64,000 bases of DNA from Candidatus Zixiibacteriota bacterium (lineage in GTDB: Bacteria; Zixibacteria; MSB-5A5; SM23-73-2), in contig JAUWYR010000008.1 in assembly GCA_030615745.1 (NCBI GenBank), positions 762 to 64,761 of the forward strand. The letters run 5' to 3'. How positions within the stretch are numbered: the first letter of the stretch is position 1; every line of letters begins with the position of its first letter. Both the position numbers and the translations under genes were made by a program. This document shows positions 39,500 through 50,111 of the stretch, in pieces. The notes beneath the pieces are model-generated. The model did no database searches, was not told where the DNA came from, and saw nothing but the letters and a program-made list of their open reading frames with translations.

Positions 39500-39952
39500 T
39501 TATTTTGCTATTTCAAATTTATCTCCGAGCCTGATTCTGAGTTGACTTAAAAGCCCTTGGTAATCATTATAACAATCCAAATCCTTTATCTTATATTCCT
39601 TATGTTCATTAGTGTAAATCTCCAGATAGGAGCTTTTGAACAATCGCGAAATCCCATTTATCTGCTTAGCTTTAACTTCTGACATATCTTTCCATTTGAT
39701 CTCAAAAGTTTTTTCACCCATCCCTTTAATTTTTATACTATTTTCATCGAGGTGAAGTCGGATAAAAAACAATTTTAAGATGAAGATAAAAAAGGAGACA
39801 AGAATTGCTATTGAGATATTTAAATAAGAGCTTTTGGATGCTCCTAAAACTGAGACTAAAAGATATGTAAACATAATTAAAAAAATAAGCTCAGGTAAAA
39901 AGCTTACCAAATAGCCTGCGAAATTCAATCTGTAAATTTTCTTCTGGATCAT
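39500..39952 (-). CDS. Hypothetical membrane protein (two TM helices plus a possible PH-like domain)
   Basis: Two hydrophobic segments, then a beta-rich IKWKDM-containing region. Confidence 0.6.
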   Translation of the reverse strand: MIQKKIYRLNFAGYLVSFLPELIFLIMFTYLLVSVLGASKSSYLNISIAILVSFFIFILKLFFIRLHLDENSIKIKGMGEKTFEIKWKDMSEVKAKQINGISRLFKSSYLEIYTNEHKEYKIKDLDCYNDYQGLLSQLRIRLGDKFEIAK

Positions 39953-39959
39953 AAAGCTT

Positions 39960-40361
39960 TTATTTCTCTTTTAGTTCAATCAGAACCCCAAAAGCACTCT
40001 CAGGATGTAGAAAAGCAATTCTTTTCCCGGTTGCGCCAACTCTTGGAACTTGATCCACTAACCTAACTTCGTTTTCTTTCAGCTTTTTCAAAGCGTCCTC
40101 AATATCATCAACTTGAAAGCAGATATGATGTAAACCTTCACCCTTTTTCTTAATGAATTTTGCAACTGGCGAATCCCCCCCCAAAGGCTCGATCAATTCA
40201 AGTTTAACACCCCCTATTTCGATAAAAGCCACCCTCACCTTCTGAGACAAAACCTCAATCGGCTCAGAGATTTTCAGGTTAAAATTTTCAGAATAAAATT
40301 TAAAAGCATCCTCGATTTTTTTAACCGCAATCCCAATATGATCAATCTTTTCTATCTTCAT
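39960..40361 (-). CDS. mce: Methylmalonyl-CoA epimerase
   Basis: IDHIGIAV, LELIEP, GEGLHHICFQVDDI, AFLHP, GVLIEL. Confidence 0.95.
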   Translation of the reverse strand: MKIEKIDHIGIAVKKIEDAFKFYSENFNLKISEPIEVLSQKVRVAFIEIGGVKLELIEPLGGDSPVAKFIKKKGEGLHHICFQVDDIEDALKKLKENEVRLVDQVPRVGATGKRIAFLHPESAFGVLIELKEK

Positions 40362-40370
40362 ATCTTATTC

Positions 40371-40737
40371 CTTGCCCCTTGCATCTTGCACCTTGACCCT
40401 CTTTTTCATACTGCATCCTCTTTCTCAAATCTCAACTCACGATCTCGTTTCCCGTTTCCCGTTACTCGTTTCCCGTTTCTCGTTACTCGTTTCCCGTAAA
40501 CTCTTTAATATTATCTGTCTACTGCCTACTGAACTTGTTTTCTCTTTCTCAAATCTCAATTCTCCATCTCGTTTCTCGTCTCCCGTTACTCGTTTCACGT
40601 TCACTCTCTACTGTCTACTGAATACTTTTTCTCAAATCTCAACTTTCTTTCAGAATTCCGTTTCCCGTTTTCTGTATACCGTTTTCTGTTTTCTATCTAC
40701 TACTGTCTGCCTACTGCCTACTGTATACTGCCTACTA
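40371..40737. repeat. Mosaic of four heptamer families arranged in three higher-order units
   Basis: CTTGCnn, (T/A)TCTCAA, C(T/C)CGTT(T/A) and CTACTG(C/T) blocks. Confidence 0.85.
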
Positions 40738-42336
40738 AACCACCACATTCTCTCTGTACTCCCCCCAAACACTTTTGAGCACATCACATATCTCGCCAAT
40801 TGTGGCATAAGCCTCAACACAATCCAAAATCGGATAGATTAAATTTTCATCTGATTTTGCCTTCTCCTCAAGTTTCTTTAATAAAGAATCGACTTTCTTA
40901 TTATCTCTTTGTTTTCTTACCTCGTTCAATCTTTTTATCTGGTCAGAAGCGACCTTTTGGTCAACTCTGAAAATCTCTTTTATTTTTTCCTTTTCAGTTT
41001 CAAATCTATTTAAACCAACAATTATTTTCTCTTTTTTTTCGATTTTTTTCTGATAATCATAAGCTGATTTTTGAATCTCCTTTTGATAGTATCCGGATTC
41101 AACAGCCCACAAAGCTCCTCCATTTTCCTGAATATAGTCTATATATTTTTCTGCCTCTTCTTCGATTTTTTTTGTCAAATGCTCAACATAATAGGAACCA
41201 CCAACAGGGTCCACCGTGTTTATTACCCCTGATTCAAAAGCTATTATTTGCTGGGTTCTCAGAGCTATCTGAGCTGAAAGCTCAGAGGGCAAGGATAAAG
41301 CCTCATCTCTTGAGTTAGTATGAAGGGATTGAGTTCCACCTAAAACCGAGGCTAATGCTTGAAGCGTCACTCTGACCACGTTATTCTCAGGCTGTCTGGC
41401 GGTCAATGTACATCCGGCTGTCTGGGTGTGAAACCTGAGCTTACAGGAATTAACATCTTTTGCTTTGAATTTCTCTTTCATTATCTTAGCCCAAAGCCTT
41501 CTTGCTGCTCTGAATTTGGCGATCTCCTCGAAAAAATCGTTATGCGAATTGAAAAAGAATGAAAGCCTTTTGGCAAAATCATCCACCTTCATCCCGGCTA
41601 ATATGGCTTTTTCAACGTAAGCGATTCCATTGGCTAAGGTGAAGGCTATCTCCTGAACAGCTGTTGCACCTGCCTCCCTTATATGGTAACCTGAGATCGA
41701 TATGGTATTGAATTTTGGAAGGTGATCCTTTGCGAATTTGAATACATCAGTTATAAGCCTCATCGAAGGTCTGGGCGGGAAAATATATGTTCCCCGGGCA
41801 ATATATTCCTTTAAAATATCGTTCTGGATAGTTCCTGAGAGCAAATCATAGGGGATCTTATTCTTTTTAGCCAAAACCAAATACATGGCTAAAAGGATAA
41901 TCGCAGTTGAATTAATTGTCATCGAGGTCGAGACCTTATCCAGAGGAATTCCATCGAAAAGTATCTCCATGTCCTTTAAAGAATCAATAGCAACTCCGGT
42001 CTTTCCAACCTCACCTACAGACATCGGATGATCAGAATCATATCCTATCTGGGTTGGCAGGTCAAATGCAACAGATAAGCCGGTCTGTCCTTGAGATAAA
42101 AGGTATTTATATCTTTTATTTGACTCTTCCGCAGTTCCAAACCCGGCATATTGCCTCATCGTCCACAGTCTGCCCCGGTACATGTTATCATAGATCCCCC
42201 GGGTAAAAGGATAACTTCCCGGAAAACCTAACTCCTCTTGGTAATTCAGGTCTTCAATATCCTCAGGAGTGTAGAGTTCCTTTATTGAGATTCCAGAAGA
42301 GGTCTCAAATCTTTTTTCGCTTTTGTCTTTATTCAT
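40735..42336 (-). CDS. Methylmalonyl-CoA mutase, substrate-binding (large) subunit
   Basis: WTMRQYAGF (Tyr) and KEYIARGTY (Arg) specificity residues; no B12-binding domain; start placed at ATG 42336. Confidence 0.9.
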   Translation of the reverse strand: MNKDKSEKRFETSSGISIKELYTPEDIEDLNYQEELGFPGSYPFTRGIYDNMYRGRLWTMRQYAGFGTAEESNKRYKYLLSQGQTGLSVAFDLPTQIGYDSDHPMSVGEVGKTGVAIDSLKDMEILFDGIPLDKVSTSMTINSTAIILLAMYLVLAKKNKIPYDLLSGTIQNDILKEYIARGTYIFPPRPSMRLITDVFKFAKDHLPKFNTISISGYHIREAGATAVQEIAFTLANGIAYVEKAILAGMKVDDFAKRLSFFFNSHNDFFEEIAKFRAARRLWAKIMKEKFKAKDVNSCKLRFHTQTAGCTLTARQPENNVVRVTLQALASVLGGTQSLHTNSRDEALSLPSELSAQIALRTQQIIAFESGVINTVDPVGGSYYVEHLTKKIEEEAEKYIDYIQENGGALWAVESGYYQKEIQKSAYDYQKKIEKKEKIIVGLNRFETEKEKIKEIFRVDQKVASDQIKRLNEVRKQRDNKKVDSLLKKLEEKAKSDENLIYPILDCVEAYATIGEICDVLKSVWGEYRENVVV

Positions 42337-42437
42337 ATCAATTACCTTGTTCGTCACGGAGACCTTCTCCGTGACGAGATTTCAAACCGCAAGTAATTTG
42401 TAGGTCAACCATCCCGAAGGCCATTTGGCTCAAATGA

Positions 42438-42495
42438 GGTGGTTGACATCTCTTTTTGTCAAGCAGTCCTGCGAACATGCTTGACCTACGAGACT
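42438..42495. repeat. 58-bp REP-like direct repeat, copy 1 (copy 2 at 43191-43248)
   Basis: 55/58 identical by hand alignment. Confidence 0.85.
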
Positions 42496-42526
42496 ATGTT
42501 ATACCTTGGCAGGCACTCGTTGTTTT

Positions 42527-42976
42527 TCATAGTTCCTCAACCACCTTATCAAGTTCAAATTGGGTTAGTAAATGTAAATTTTTCTTGGACAAGTTTAACC
42601 CCCACTCTGGCTTACTCTTCTTCCCCTCATAATCTCGACTCACAAACAAATCATTAGGTTTAACCCATACTGTTGATGGAATGAGAAATATTTTTGGAGG
42701 CACACCTTCAGAAAAGAGGACAATCGCTGCAAGTAAATTTTTCCTCAGGTTGAATTTGCCCTTTGGAAAAAAGATATAATTCAATCTTCGCACAGATTTT
42801 ACCTGAACATCATAATAGCTATTTTCACCTTTTCGAATTATAAAATCAATACCTTTATCATCTACCTCAGAGGCATAAACATCAAAACCTGCCAATGTAA
42901 ATTCCATCTTTACGAAGTATTCGGCATATCGACCTAATTGTAAGCGGCTCAGATGATTCCATTTAAATTTGTTCAT
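42527..42976 (-). CDS. PD-(D/E)xK restriction-endonuclease-like protein (DUF4365-like)
   Basis: GRYAEY...VDDKGIDF...DVQVKS nuclease-type motif. Confidence 0.7.
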   Translation of the reverse strand: MNKFKWNHLSRLQLGRYAEYFVKMEFTLAGFDVYASEVDDKGIDFIIRKGENSYYDVQVKSVRRLNYIFFPKGKFNLRKNLLAAIVLFSEGVPPKIFLIPSTVWVKPNDLFVSRDYEGKKSKPEWGLNLSKKNLHLLTQFELDKVVEEL

Positions 42977-43190
42977 CGATTATTCCTCCAAATGCCCACT
43001 TTCGTATTATTCCTTCATATCAGACCACTTTGGACTTAGAAGCGACAGTGTTGCATATACACCCTTCAGGCTGAATCTGTTTTTTCCAATTTCTTGTTAC
43101 CCACGAAGACCTTCACTCTGGTGAGATTTCAAGCCGCAAGTTGTTTTAATCTTTTCATGGTAACGGACAAGGTGTCCGTTACCAACCATG

Positions 43191-43248
43191 GGTGGTTGAC
43201 AACTCTTTTTGTCAAGCAGTCCTACGGACATGCTTGACCTACGAGACT
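43191..43248. repeat. 58-bp REP-like direct repeat, copy 2
   Basis: Matches 42438-42495. Confidence 0.85.
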
Positions 43249-43317
43249 CCCGAAGTATTGGGAGAATTTTTTTCTTCGCTTTTATTTTTGTCCATATCTA
43301 ACACCAATATATATAAT

Positions 43318-43404
43318 CTGATCACTAACCACTAAAAACTAATACCTATTACCTACTACCTACCACCTACTACCTACCACCTATCACCTATTAGCTACCA
43401 CCTA
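43318..43404. repeat. Heptamer array (about 12 units, CTA(C/T)(C/T)AC core) in register with the BCCP stop codon
   Basis: 43318 + 12x7 = 43402, the CTA of the stop codon. Confidence 0.9.
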
Positions 43405-43926
43405 TTCAAACACAATCAAAACCTCATCTTTCTCAACCGGCTGACCGGGCTTTACATTGATCTGTTTGATCTTAGCATCGAATGATGCTTTGAGCTCATT
43501 CTCCATCTTCATCGCCTCAACAATCACCAAACCATCTCCAGCCTTAACTTTATCCCCTTCATTAACCTCAACTGCAACAACTAATCCTGGCATGGGTGTT
43601 TTGAACTCCTTCTCGACTTTAGTTTTTGATTTAATCCCGGCAAAATCTTTTAATTTGGCAAATTTTTCATCCTCTAAAATACATTCGTACTTCTTACCCT
43701 TGATCGTGACAAAATACTTTTGCGTAGCATCTTGACGACCAGAATCAACGTTCACCTCAGCATCATATGAGCGGTTATCCAAAAGGAAAGATAAAAAATT
43801 TGGAGGCTTAACCAAGGTGAAATCAACTGAAACTGGAATGTTATCCAAGATCACCTCGAGTTTATCATCTTTCTCCTCGATACTTATCTTAAATTTTTTA
43901 TCTTTTATTTTAGCAATATACTTCAT
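43402..43926 (-). CDS. Biotin carboxyl carrier subunit (probable propionyl-CoA carboxylase)
   Basis: TPMPG...EAMKMEN. Confidence 0.9.
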   Translation of the reverse strand: MKYIAKIKDKKFKISIEEKDDKLEVILDNIPVSVDFTLVKPPNFLSFLLDNRSYDAEVNVDSGRQDATQKYFVTIKGKKYECILEDEKFAKLKDFAGIKSKTKVEKEFKTPMPGLVVAVEVNEGDKVKAGDGLVIVEAMKMENELKASFDAKIKQINVKPGQPVEKDEVLIVFE

Positions 43927-45438
43927 TTAAAAACCGAACCTTCTTAACCCCATCCTTCTTCCCTCGATTTTCCAGGGGCTTTCTCTAAACTTTTTTTCTT
44001 TTAAGGTTTTAATCTTCTTTTTTTCTTTGAAGTCAGTCAAAGCACAAAGCAAAGCAATCACTTTGTAAAGTTCATCATGGTCAACCGTGATTTCTTTTTT
44101 TCCAAACTCCTCCTGAATAAAATGGGTTGATATATCCCCTTTTATAAATTTCTTGTTATCCATAACCTGGAGGTGAAATGGAATAGTGGTTGCAATTCCG
44201 GATATATGATATTCCTGAAGTGCCCTCTTCATTCTACAAATAGCCTCATTCCTGGTGCTCCCCCAGGTTAAAAGCTTGGAGATTATAGGGTCGTAATATA
44301 AAGAGACTTCACAACCTTCGTAAAGACCTGAATCTACCCTTATCCCAGGACCTGAGGGCTCAAGATAGGAGCTAACAATTCCTGCAGATGGCAAGAAATT
44401 GTTATAAGGGTCCTCAGCATAGATCCTGCACTCAATAGACGCACCGCTCCACCTAACATCCTCCTGTTTAAAGCTTAGCTTTTCTCCTGATGCGATCTTC
44501 AACTGCTCCTTGACAATATCTATTCCAGTAACAAGCTCGGTTACAGGATGTTCCACCTGAAGACGGGTATTCGATTCCAAAAAATAGAAGTTTTTATCTT
44601 TATCCACTAAAAACTCCATGGTCCCAGCACTAACATAACCTGATGCCTTAGCAGCCATAATTGCAGCATCACCCATTCTTTTTCTCATATCCTCATCTAC
44701 CACAGTTGAAGGGGATTCCTCAATTACTTTTTGATGCCTTCTCTGAATGGAGCACTCCCTCTCACCTAAATGGATTATGTTCCCAAATTTATCTGCTAAG
44801 ATTTGAAACTCTATATGTCTTGGCTTCTCCAGGTATTTCTCAATGTAGATCCTCTCATCCCCGAAAGAGGACTTGGCTTCAAAAGATGCACCTCTGATCG
44901 CCTCCTTCATCTGCTTTTCACTTTCCACAATCCTCATCCCCTTGCCCCCACCGCCTGCTGCTGCTTTGATTAGAACCGGAAAACCGACCTCTTTAGCAAA
45001 GGAAATCGCATCATTCTCCGATGCAATCATATTCTCCATTCCGGGTACAATCGGCACCCCAGACTCAGAAATTGTCTTCCTTGCCCTCATCTTATCACCT
45101 AAAAGCTCAATCGCTTTTGCTGGAGGACCGATAAAAACCAGACCTTTTTCTTCAACCAGTTTGGCAAATTGAGGATTTTCCGCTAAAAACCCATACCCTG
45201 GATGAATAGCCTCAGCATTTGATTTTTCTGCCACGTTAATAAGTTTTTCCATAACCAGATAGCTCTGATTGGAAGGGGGAGGACCGATAAAATAAGCCTC
45301 ATCAGAAAGCCTCACATGTAAAGATTTTCTATCGATCTCAGAGAAGACCGTAACTGTTTTTATCTCCATCTCCTTGCAAGCTCGGATAACCCTTACCGCA
45401 ATCTCTCCGCGATTAGCTATGAGAATCTTTTTGAACAT
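43927..45438 (-). CDS. accC: Biotin carboxylase subunit (probable propionyl-CoA carboxylase)
   Basis: MFKKILIANRGEIA, HPGYGFLAEN, ERECSIQRRHQK, ESNTRLQVEH. Confidence 0.93.
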   Translation of the reverse strand: MFKKILIANRGEIAVRVIRACKEMEIKTVTVFSEIDRKSLHVRLSDEAYFIGPPPSNQSYLVMEKLINVAEKSNAEAIHPGYGFLAENPQFAKLVEEKGLVFIGPPAKAIELLGDKMRARKTISESGVPIVPGMENMIASENDAISFAKEVGFPVLIKAAAGGGGKGMRIVESEKQMKEAIRGASFEAKSSFGDERIYIEKYLEKPRHIEFQILADKFGNIIHLGERECSIQRRHQKVIEESPSTVVDEDMRKRMGDAAIMAAKASGYVSAGTMEFLVDKDKNFYFLESNTRLQVEHPVTELVTGIDIVKEQLKIASGEKLSFKQEDVRWSGASIECRIYAEDPYNNFLPSAGIVSSYLEPSGPGIRVDSGLYEGCEVSLYYDPIISKLLTWGSTRNEAICRMKRALQEYHISGIATTIPFHLQVMDNKKFIKGDISTHFIQEEFGKKEITVDHDELYKVIALLCALTDFKEKKKIKTLKEKKFRESPWKIEGRRMGLRRFGF

Positions 45439-45456
45439 AAGATTAGTTTTACGAAG

Positions 45457-45858
45457 TTATATCCAATCTCTTTTTTTTAAATATCTTTCAACTTCTAAGT
45501 TAAAACTACTTGCATCTTCTATCTTTTGTAAAGCCTCCTCTTGAGCAATTTCAGTCAAAGCATTATAATCTGCACTCAATCGGTCTTCAAAAGCTTTAAC
45601 ATATTTTTCATAGAACATAGGATTTACTTTTTTGGTTTTGAAAAAGTGTTGATTTAAAAGTGCTATCACGCCTGAATGTTTTGAAGTGTCCAACTTTTCG
45701 GTCCTCAACAGAGCGCAGGCTGCATAAAACATAGAATAATATGCTTTGGATACAGCATCTCGAAATTTTTTATGTCGGATAAGCAATTTGACAGTTTCTA
45801 AACACTCTTTACTCAAACTGAAAAGTCTTCTTACTTCTAACTTCTTTATTTCTTCCAT
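45457..45858 (-). CDS. HEPN domain protein
   Basis: AVSKAYYSMFYAA, KHSGVI, RLSADY. Confidence 0.88.
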   Translation of the reverse strand: MEEIKKLEVRRLFSLSKECLETVKLLIRHKKFRDAVSKAYYSMFYAACALLRTEKLDTSKHSGVIALLNQHFFKTKKVNPMFYEKYVKAFEDRLSADYNALTEIAQEEALQKIEDASSFNLEVERYLKKRDWI

Positions 45859-46202
45859 AGATCAATCCCATCTTTAACTATATTTTCATATAAGCAAGTC
45901 TCAGCTTCCTTGTTAAGATTATATTCTTTTTCATCCATAACCAGTAAGGATATTAAAAACTTATGATTGTATTTTCCCATCACTTCAAAGGTTTCATCAA
46001 AGAATTTATCTCTCATCTCCCACATATCTTTGTCAACAATAGCTAAAATGTCAATATCAGAATTCTTATGAGCCTCACCTCTTGCTTTTGAACCATAAAG
46101 CTTCAAAAGCAAAAGCCTATCTCCATACTTTTTGACCAACCTATTTTTCACTTCTTCGATAGCATCCTTTTCCTGTTTGGATAACCCTTTTATTTTCAAC
46201 AT
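45846..46202 (-). CDS. Minimal nucleotidyltransferase (MNT)
   Basis: LYGSKARG...SDIDIL; overlaps the HEPN gene. Confidence 0.9.
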   Translation of the reverse strand: MLKIKGLSKQEKDAIEEVKNRLVKKYGDRLLLLKLYGSKARGEAHKNSDIDILAIVDKDMWEMRDKFFDETFEVMGKYNHKFLISLLVMDEKEYNLNKEAETCLYENIVKDGIDLWKK

Positions 46203-46353
46203 ATCCGAGTTTACTTATAGTTACTTAATTTAGTAGTCCTTTTTTAGCTACGTCCCCTAGATTAGCTATGAGAATCTTTTTGAACATATTGATCCTAAAG
46301 TAAAAAAGTATCTAAAGCACGTATAAGAAGATTACGTCACAAAAGCTTCTCTT

Positions 46354-46469
46354 CTATTACCTATCACCTACCACCTATTACCTACTACCTATTACCTACC
46401 ACCTATCACCTACCACCTATTACCTACCACCTATCACCTACCACCTACCACCCACTATCTACTGCCTAT
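46354..46469. repeat. Heptamer array CTA(C/T)(C/T)AC x14 plus degenerate units, directly after the pccB stop
   Basis: Directly visible; includes a repeated 28-bp higher-order unit. Confidence 0.95.
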
Positions 46470-48020
46470 CTACAACGGAATATTCCCATGTTTTTTCGGC
46501 GGATTCAAATCCTTTTTTGTCTTCAACATCGATAATGCTCTGATCAATCGCGGTCGAGTGTGTTTTGGCTCTATAACATCGTCAACATATCCGCGTTCAG
46601 CAGCGGAGTAGGGATTGGCGAATCTTTCCCTGAACTCCTGAACTTTTTCATCAGTAACCTTGTCAGAATCAGGAGCCTCTGCTATCTTCTTTTTAAATAT
46701 TATCTCCACCGCTCCTTTTGGACCCATAACTGCTATCTCTGCTGTGGGCCAGGCATAGTTAATATCTCCCCTTACATGCTTTGAGTTCATGACATCGTAG
46801 GCGCCACCATAAGCTTTTCTGGTAATCACAGTAACCTTGGGAACTGTCGCCTCGCAAAATGCATATAACAACTTTGCTCCATGTTTGATTAGCCCTCCAA
46901 ACTCCTGTGCGGTTCCAGGCAGGAAACCAGGAACATCAACAAAGACCACTAAGGGGATATTAAAAGCATCGCAGAACCTGACAAACCTCGCTCCTTTAAG
47001 TGAGGAATTAATATCCAAGACACCGGCTAAAACAGCTGGCTGATTTCCAACAATTCCCACAGGTTTTCCTGCCAACCGCGCAAATCCCACTACTATGTTC
47101 TGGGCATAATCTTTGTGCACCTCCAGAAAATCACCATCATCCACTACCCTTTTTATCACATCTTTAATATCATAGGGCTTGGCCGGGTCATCAGGAACTA
47201 TGTGATTTAGCTCCTCATCAGCTCTATCAGCAGGGTCTGAAAAGTCGATCTCCGGGGGGTCCTCCATATTGTTTAGGGGAATAAATCCGAAAAGTTTTCT
47301 CACCAGCAAAAGTGTTTCTCCCTCATTCTCACTTACAAAATGAGCAACACCAGATTTTGTGGAATGAACTTCTGGCCCGCCTAATTGCTCGAAAGTTACC
47401 TCTTCATGAGTAACTGTTTTAACCACGTTCGGTCCGGTAACGAACATATAGCCTGTCCCTTTAACCATGAAGATAAAATCTGTTATCGCCGGCGAGTATA
47501 CAGCTCCACCAGCACAAGGACCTAAAACAACTGAGAGCTGAGGTATCACACCTGAGGCTAAGGTGTTGCGCAGGAAAATATCAGCATATCCACCTAAGCT
47601 AACCACACCCTCTTGAATCCTTGCTCCTCCTGAGTCATTTAATCCGATTACCGGAGCTCCCACCTTCATCGCCACATCCATTATCTTGCAGATCTTCTCA
47701 GCATGAGCCTCAGCTAAAGAACCTCCAAATGTGGTGAAATCCTGGGAGAAGATAAAGACCAATCTACCATCTATTGTTCCATAGCCGGTCACAACTCCAT
47801 CTCCAAATATCCTCTGTTTGTCCAATCCGAATTCCGTGCACCTGTGCAAGACGAACATATCGAACTCCTCAAGACTCCCCTCATCCAAAAGTAGATCCAA
47901 TCTCTCTCTGGCAGTGAGTTTGCCTTTTTTATGTTGAACATCTATCCTTTTTTGTCCCCCTACTAATCTTGCCTCTTTTTGCTTTCTTTTTAAAAGCTCG
48001 ATCTTCTCCTCAATTGACAT
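46470..48020 (-). CDS. pccB: Propionyl-CoA carboxylase beta (carboxyltransferase) subunit
   Basis: [46 protein letters not shown]. Confidence 0.92.
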   Translation of the reverse strand: MSIEEKIELLKRKQKEARLVGGQKRIDVQHKKGKLTARERLDLLLDEGSLEEFDMFVLHRCTEFGLDKQRIFGDGVVTGYGTIDGRLVFIFSQDFTTFGGSLAEAHAEKICKIMDVAMKVGAPVIGLNDSGGARIQEGVVSLGGYADIFLRNTLASGVIPQLSVVLGPCAGGAVYSPAITDFIFMVKGTGYMFVTGPNVVKTVTHEEVTFEQLGGPEVHSTKSGVAHFVSENEGETLLLVRKLFGFIPLNNMEDPPEIDFSDPADRADEELNHIVPDDPAKPYDIKDVIKRVVDDGDFLEVHKDYAQNIVVGFARLAGKPVGIVGNQPAVLAGVLDINSSLKGARFVRFCDAFNIPLVVFVDVPGFLPGTAQEFGGLIKHGAKLLYAFCEATVPKVTVITRKAYGGAYDVMNSKHVRGDINYAWPTAEIAVMGPKGAVEIIFKKKIAEAPDSDKVTDEKVQEFRERFANPYSAAERGYVDDVIEPKHTRPRLIRALSMLKTKKDLNPPKKHGNIPL

Positions 48021-48030
48021 AAAATTTCTC

Positions 48031-48870
48031 CTAAATTGAAACTTTTAAAGGGACTATTTTATCCTCTATTTTTGTTAACCTGCATAATTTTATATCTAAA
48101 TCATGGTCAAAAGCAAAAAGCCAATCTTCATCTAAAGCCTTCTGGATAAAATTTTTTTTAACTTTCATCGTTTGCATAGGATGGGTATCAACGCTTGCCA
48201 CATAGGGAATCTTAAGATGATATATAGTTGGAATAATATCTCCCGGGCAAAGGATTTTTCTTTTTTCTGATTTGATCAAAACCGCCTGATGCCCCTCAGA
48301 ATGACCTCCAGTAGGGATAACCAAAACATTTGGTATAATCTCCTTTTCTCCATCTACTAATTCTAAAAGATTGTGTTGCTTTAAGAGGAAAAAATTCTCA
48401 AAGATGTAAGTCGCATATGTCCTTTCATCAGGACTTAACGCATCCTCAAATTCTTTTTTCTGAACAATATGTCTTGCATTAGGGAATTTTGGAATTTTTT
48501 TACCATTTTCATCAAATTTTATCATCCCTCCAGAATGGTCGAGATGAAGGTGGGTTGATATAACTACATCTATATCCTCTGGCTTTAAATTAAACGATTT
48601 GAGATTTTTTTCTAAAGAGGAATTATTCTTGACCCCGTAGATTTTTTTTTGTTTCTCAGAAAGGGTATCACCTATACCTGAATCAACAAGGATATTTCCC
48701 TTTTTTGATTTTACCAGAACAAGGTTTAAATCCAAATCCACTCGATTGAACTCATCACACCCTGTAAGCTTTTCCCAGATAATCTTAGGAACAACTCCGA
48801 ACATTGCCCCACCATCGATTTTGAACCGATTTTCAACAAAGATGTGAATTTCAAAATCTCCGAATTTCAT
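48031..48870 (-). CDS. MBL-fold metallo-hydrolase (YtnP-like)
   Basis: [29 protein letters not shown]. Confidence 0.88.
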   Translation of the reverse strand: MKFGDFEIHIFVENRFKIDGGAMFGVVPKIIWEKLTGCDEFNRVDLDLNLVLVKSKKGNILVDSGIGDTLSEKQKKIYGVKNNSSLEKNLKSFNLKPEDIDVVISTHLHLDHSGGMIKFDENGKKIPKFPNARHIVQKKEFEDALSPDERTYATYIFENFFLLKQHNLLELVDGEKEIIPNVLVIPTGGHSEGHQAVLIKSEKRKILCPGDIIPTIYHLKIPYVASVDTHPMQTMKVKKNFIQKALDEDWLFAFDHDLDIKLCRLTKIEDKIVPLKVSI

Positions 48871-48911
48871 AACAATCCTTTTTGGGAGGGGATAAACCCC
48901 TCCCCTACGAT

Positions 48912-50054
48912 TTATCTTAAATAGCTTGCGGAGATGACCAGTCTCTGTATTTCAGATGTTCCCTCGTAAATCTCAGTTATTCTTTGGTCACGATAAAGCT
49001 TCTCGATATCGGAGAACTCTCCAATATAGCCGTATCCTCCATGAATTTGCATAGCCTTATTTACGCAGAAATTCGACGCTTCAGAGGCGAAAAGCTTTGC
49101 CTGGGCCGCATCTTTTGTGAACCTCTCCCCTTTATCCTCTAAGGAGGCTGCTTTATAAGTTAAAAGCCTTGCCGCCTCCAATTTAGTGCTCATATCTGCT
49201 ATCATCCACTGGATCGCCTGAAGCTTGGCAATAGGAGCTCCAAACTGCTCGCGAGTCTTAGCATATTTTACAGATTCATCAAATGCTTTTTGTGCGATCC
49301 CAACTGATTGAGCAGCAACTCCAATTCGTGCGCTGTCCAAAGTTGCCAATGCAATTCTGAAACCCTTTCCGGGCTCACCTAAAAGTTGTGATTTAGGAAC
49401 TTTTATATTCTCCAATTTCAACCTACCGGTAGTTGCTGCTCTCAAACCCATCTTCTGTTTCAATGTCTCACGGGTAAGCCCCTCAACAGGAGCTTCAAGT
49501 AATAGTGCTGAGACTTTGTCTTTTTCACCCTCCTTCACAATTTTGCAGATGAGAACTATCAGATCAGCTATATTTCCATGCTGGATGAATATCTTCTCTC
49601 CATTTATTATGTAATAATCATCATCCTCTTTTGCAGTGGTCTGTTGATTGCCAGCATCAGAACCAGCATTGGGCTCAGTCAAAGCGAAAGCTCCAACAAA
49701 CTCCCCTGAGCACATCTTTGGAAGATACTTCCTTTTCTGCTCCTCAGATCCGAACTTCTCAATAGGATAGGATGCTAAATTGGATACCGCCATGATAATC
49801 GCAGCTGAGGCATCGAACCATGCGATCTCCTCGATCAATGCAACATAATCCAATTTGCTTCTTCCCAACCCTCCATACTGCTCGGAAACCGGGAAAGCGA
49901 CGAATCCCTTTGCTGCCATCTTTTTAAAAAGTTCCATTGGGAATTCAGGAGCACCCCGATCCAGCTCTCTTGCGATTGGCAAAATCTCCTTCTCCCCAAA
50001 CTCCTTAGCTAAATCCCTCACCTTCTGTTGAGATTCAACAAGATTATAGGTCAT
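48912..50054 (-). CDS. Acyl-CoA dehydrogenase
   Basis: FALTEPNAGSDA, KMGLRA, HGGYGY, IYEGTSEIQR. Confidence 0.92.
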   Translation of the reverse strand: MTYNLVESQQKVRDLAKEFGEKEILPIARELDRGAPEFPMELFKKMAAKGFVAFPVSEQYGGLGRSKLDYVALIEEIAWFDASAAIIMAVSNLASYPIEKFGSEEQKRKYLPKMCSGEFVGAFALTEPNAGSDAGNQQTTAKEDDDYYIINGEKIFIQHGNIADLIVLICKIVKEGEKDKVSALLLEAPVEGLTRETLKQKMGLRAATTGRLKLENIKVPKSQLLGEPGKGFRIALATLDSARIGVAAQSVGIAQKAFDESVKYAKTREQFGAPIAKLQAIQWMIADMSTKLEAARLLTYKAASLEDKGERFTKDAAQAKLFASEASNFCVNKAMQIHGGYGYIGEFSDIEKLYRDQRITEIYEGTSEIQRLVISASYLR

Positions 50055-50111
50055 CTTCCCTCCTGTTTTTAAATGTTATCTTTCTGTTATTTTCTTTCTA
50101 AGGTTCATTCT

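Noticed and set aside
40372..40842. 156-aa plus-strand ORF (also 50073..50324, 16193..16396 and 15706..15915)
   Set aside because: Translations of the stop-poor strand of heptamer arrays, partly antisense to real genes.
42980..43100. Possible gene remnant upstream of the nuclease
   Set aside because: Short stop-interrupted frame with no recognisable motif.
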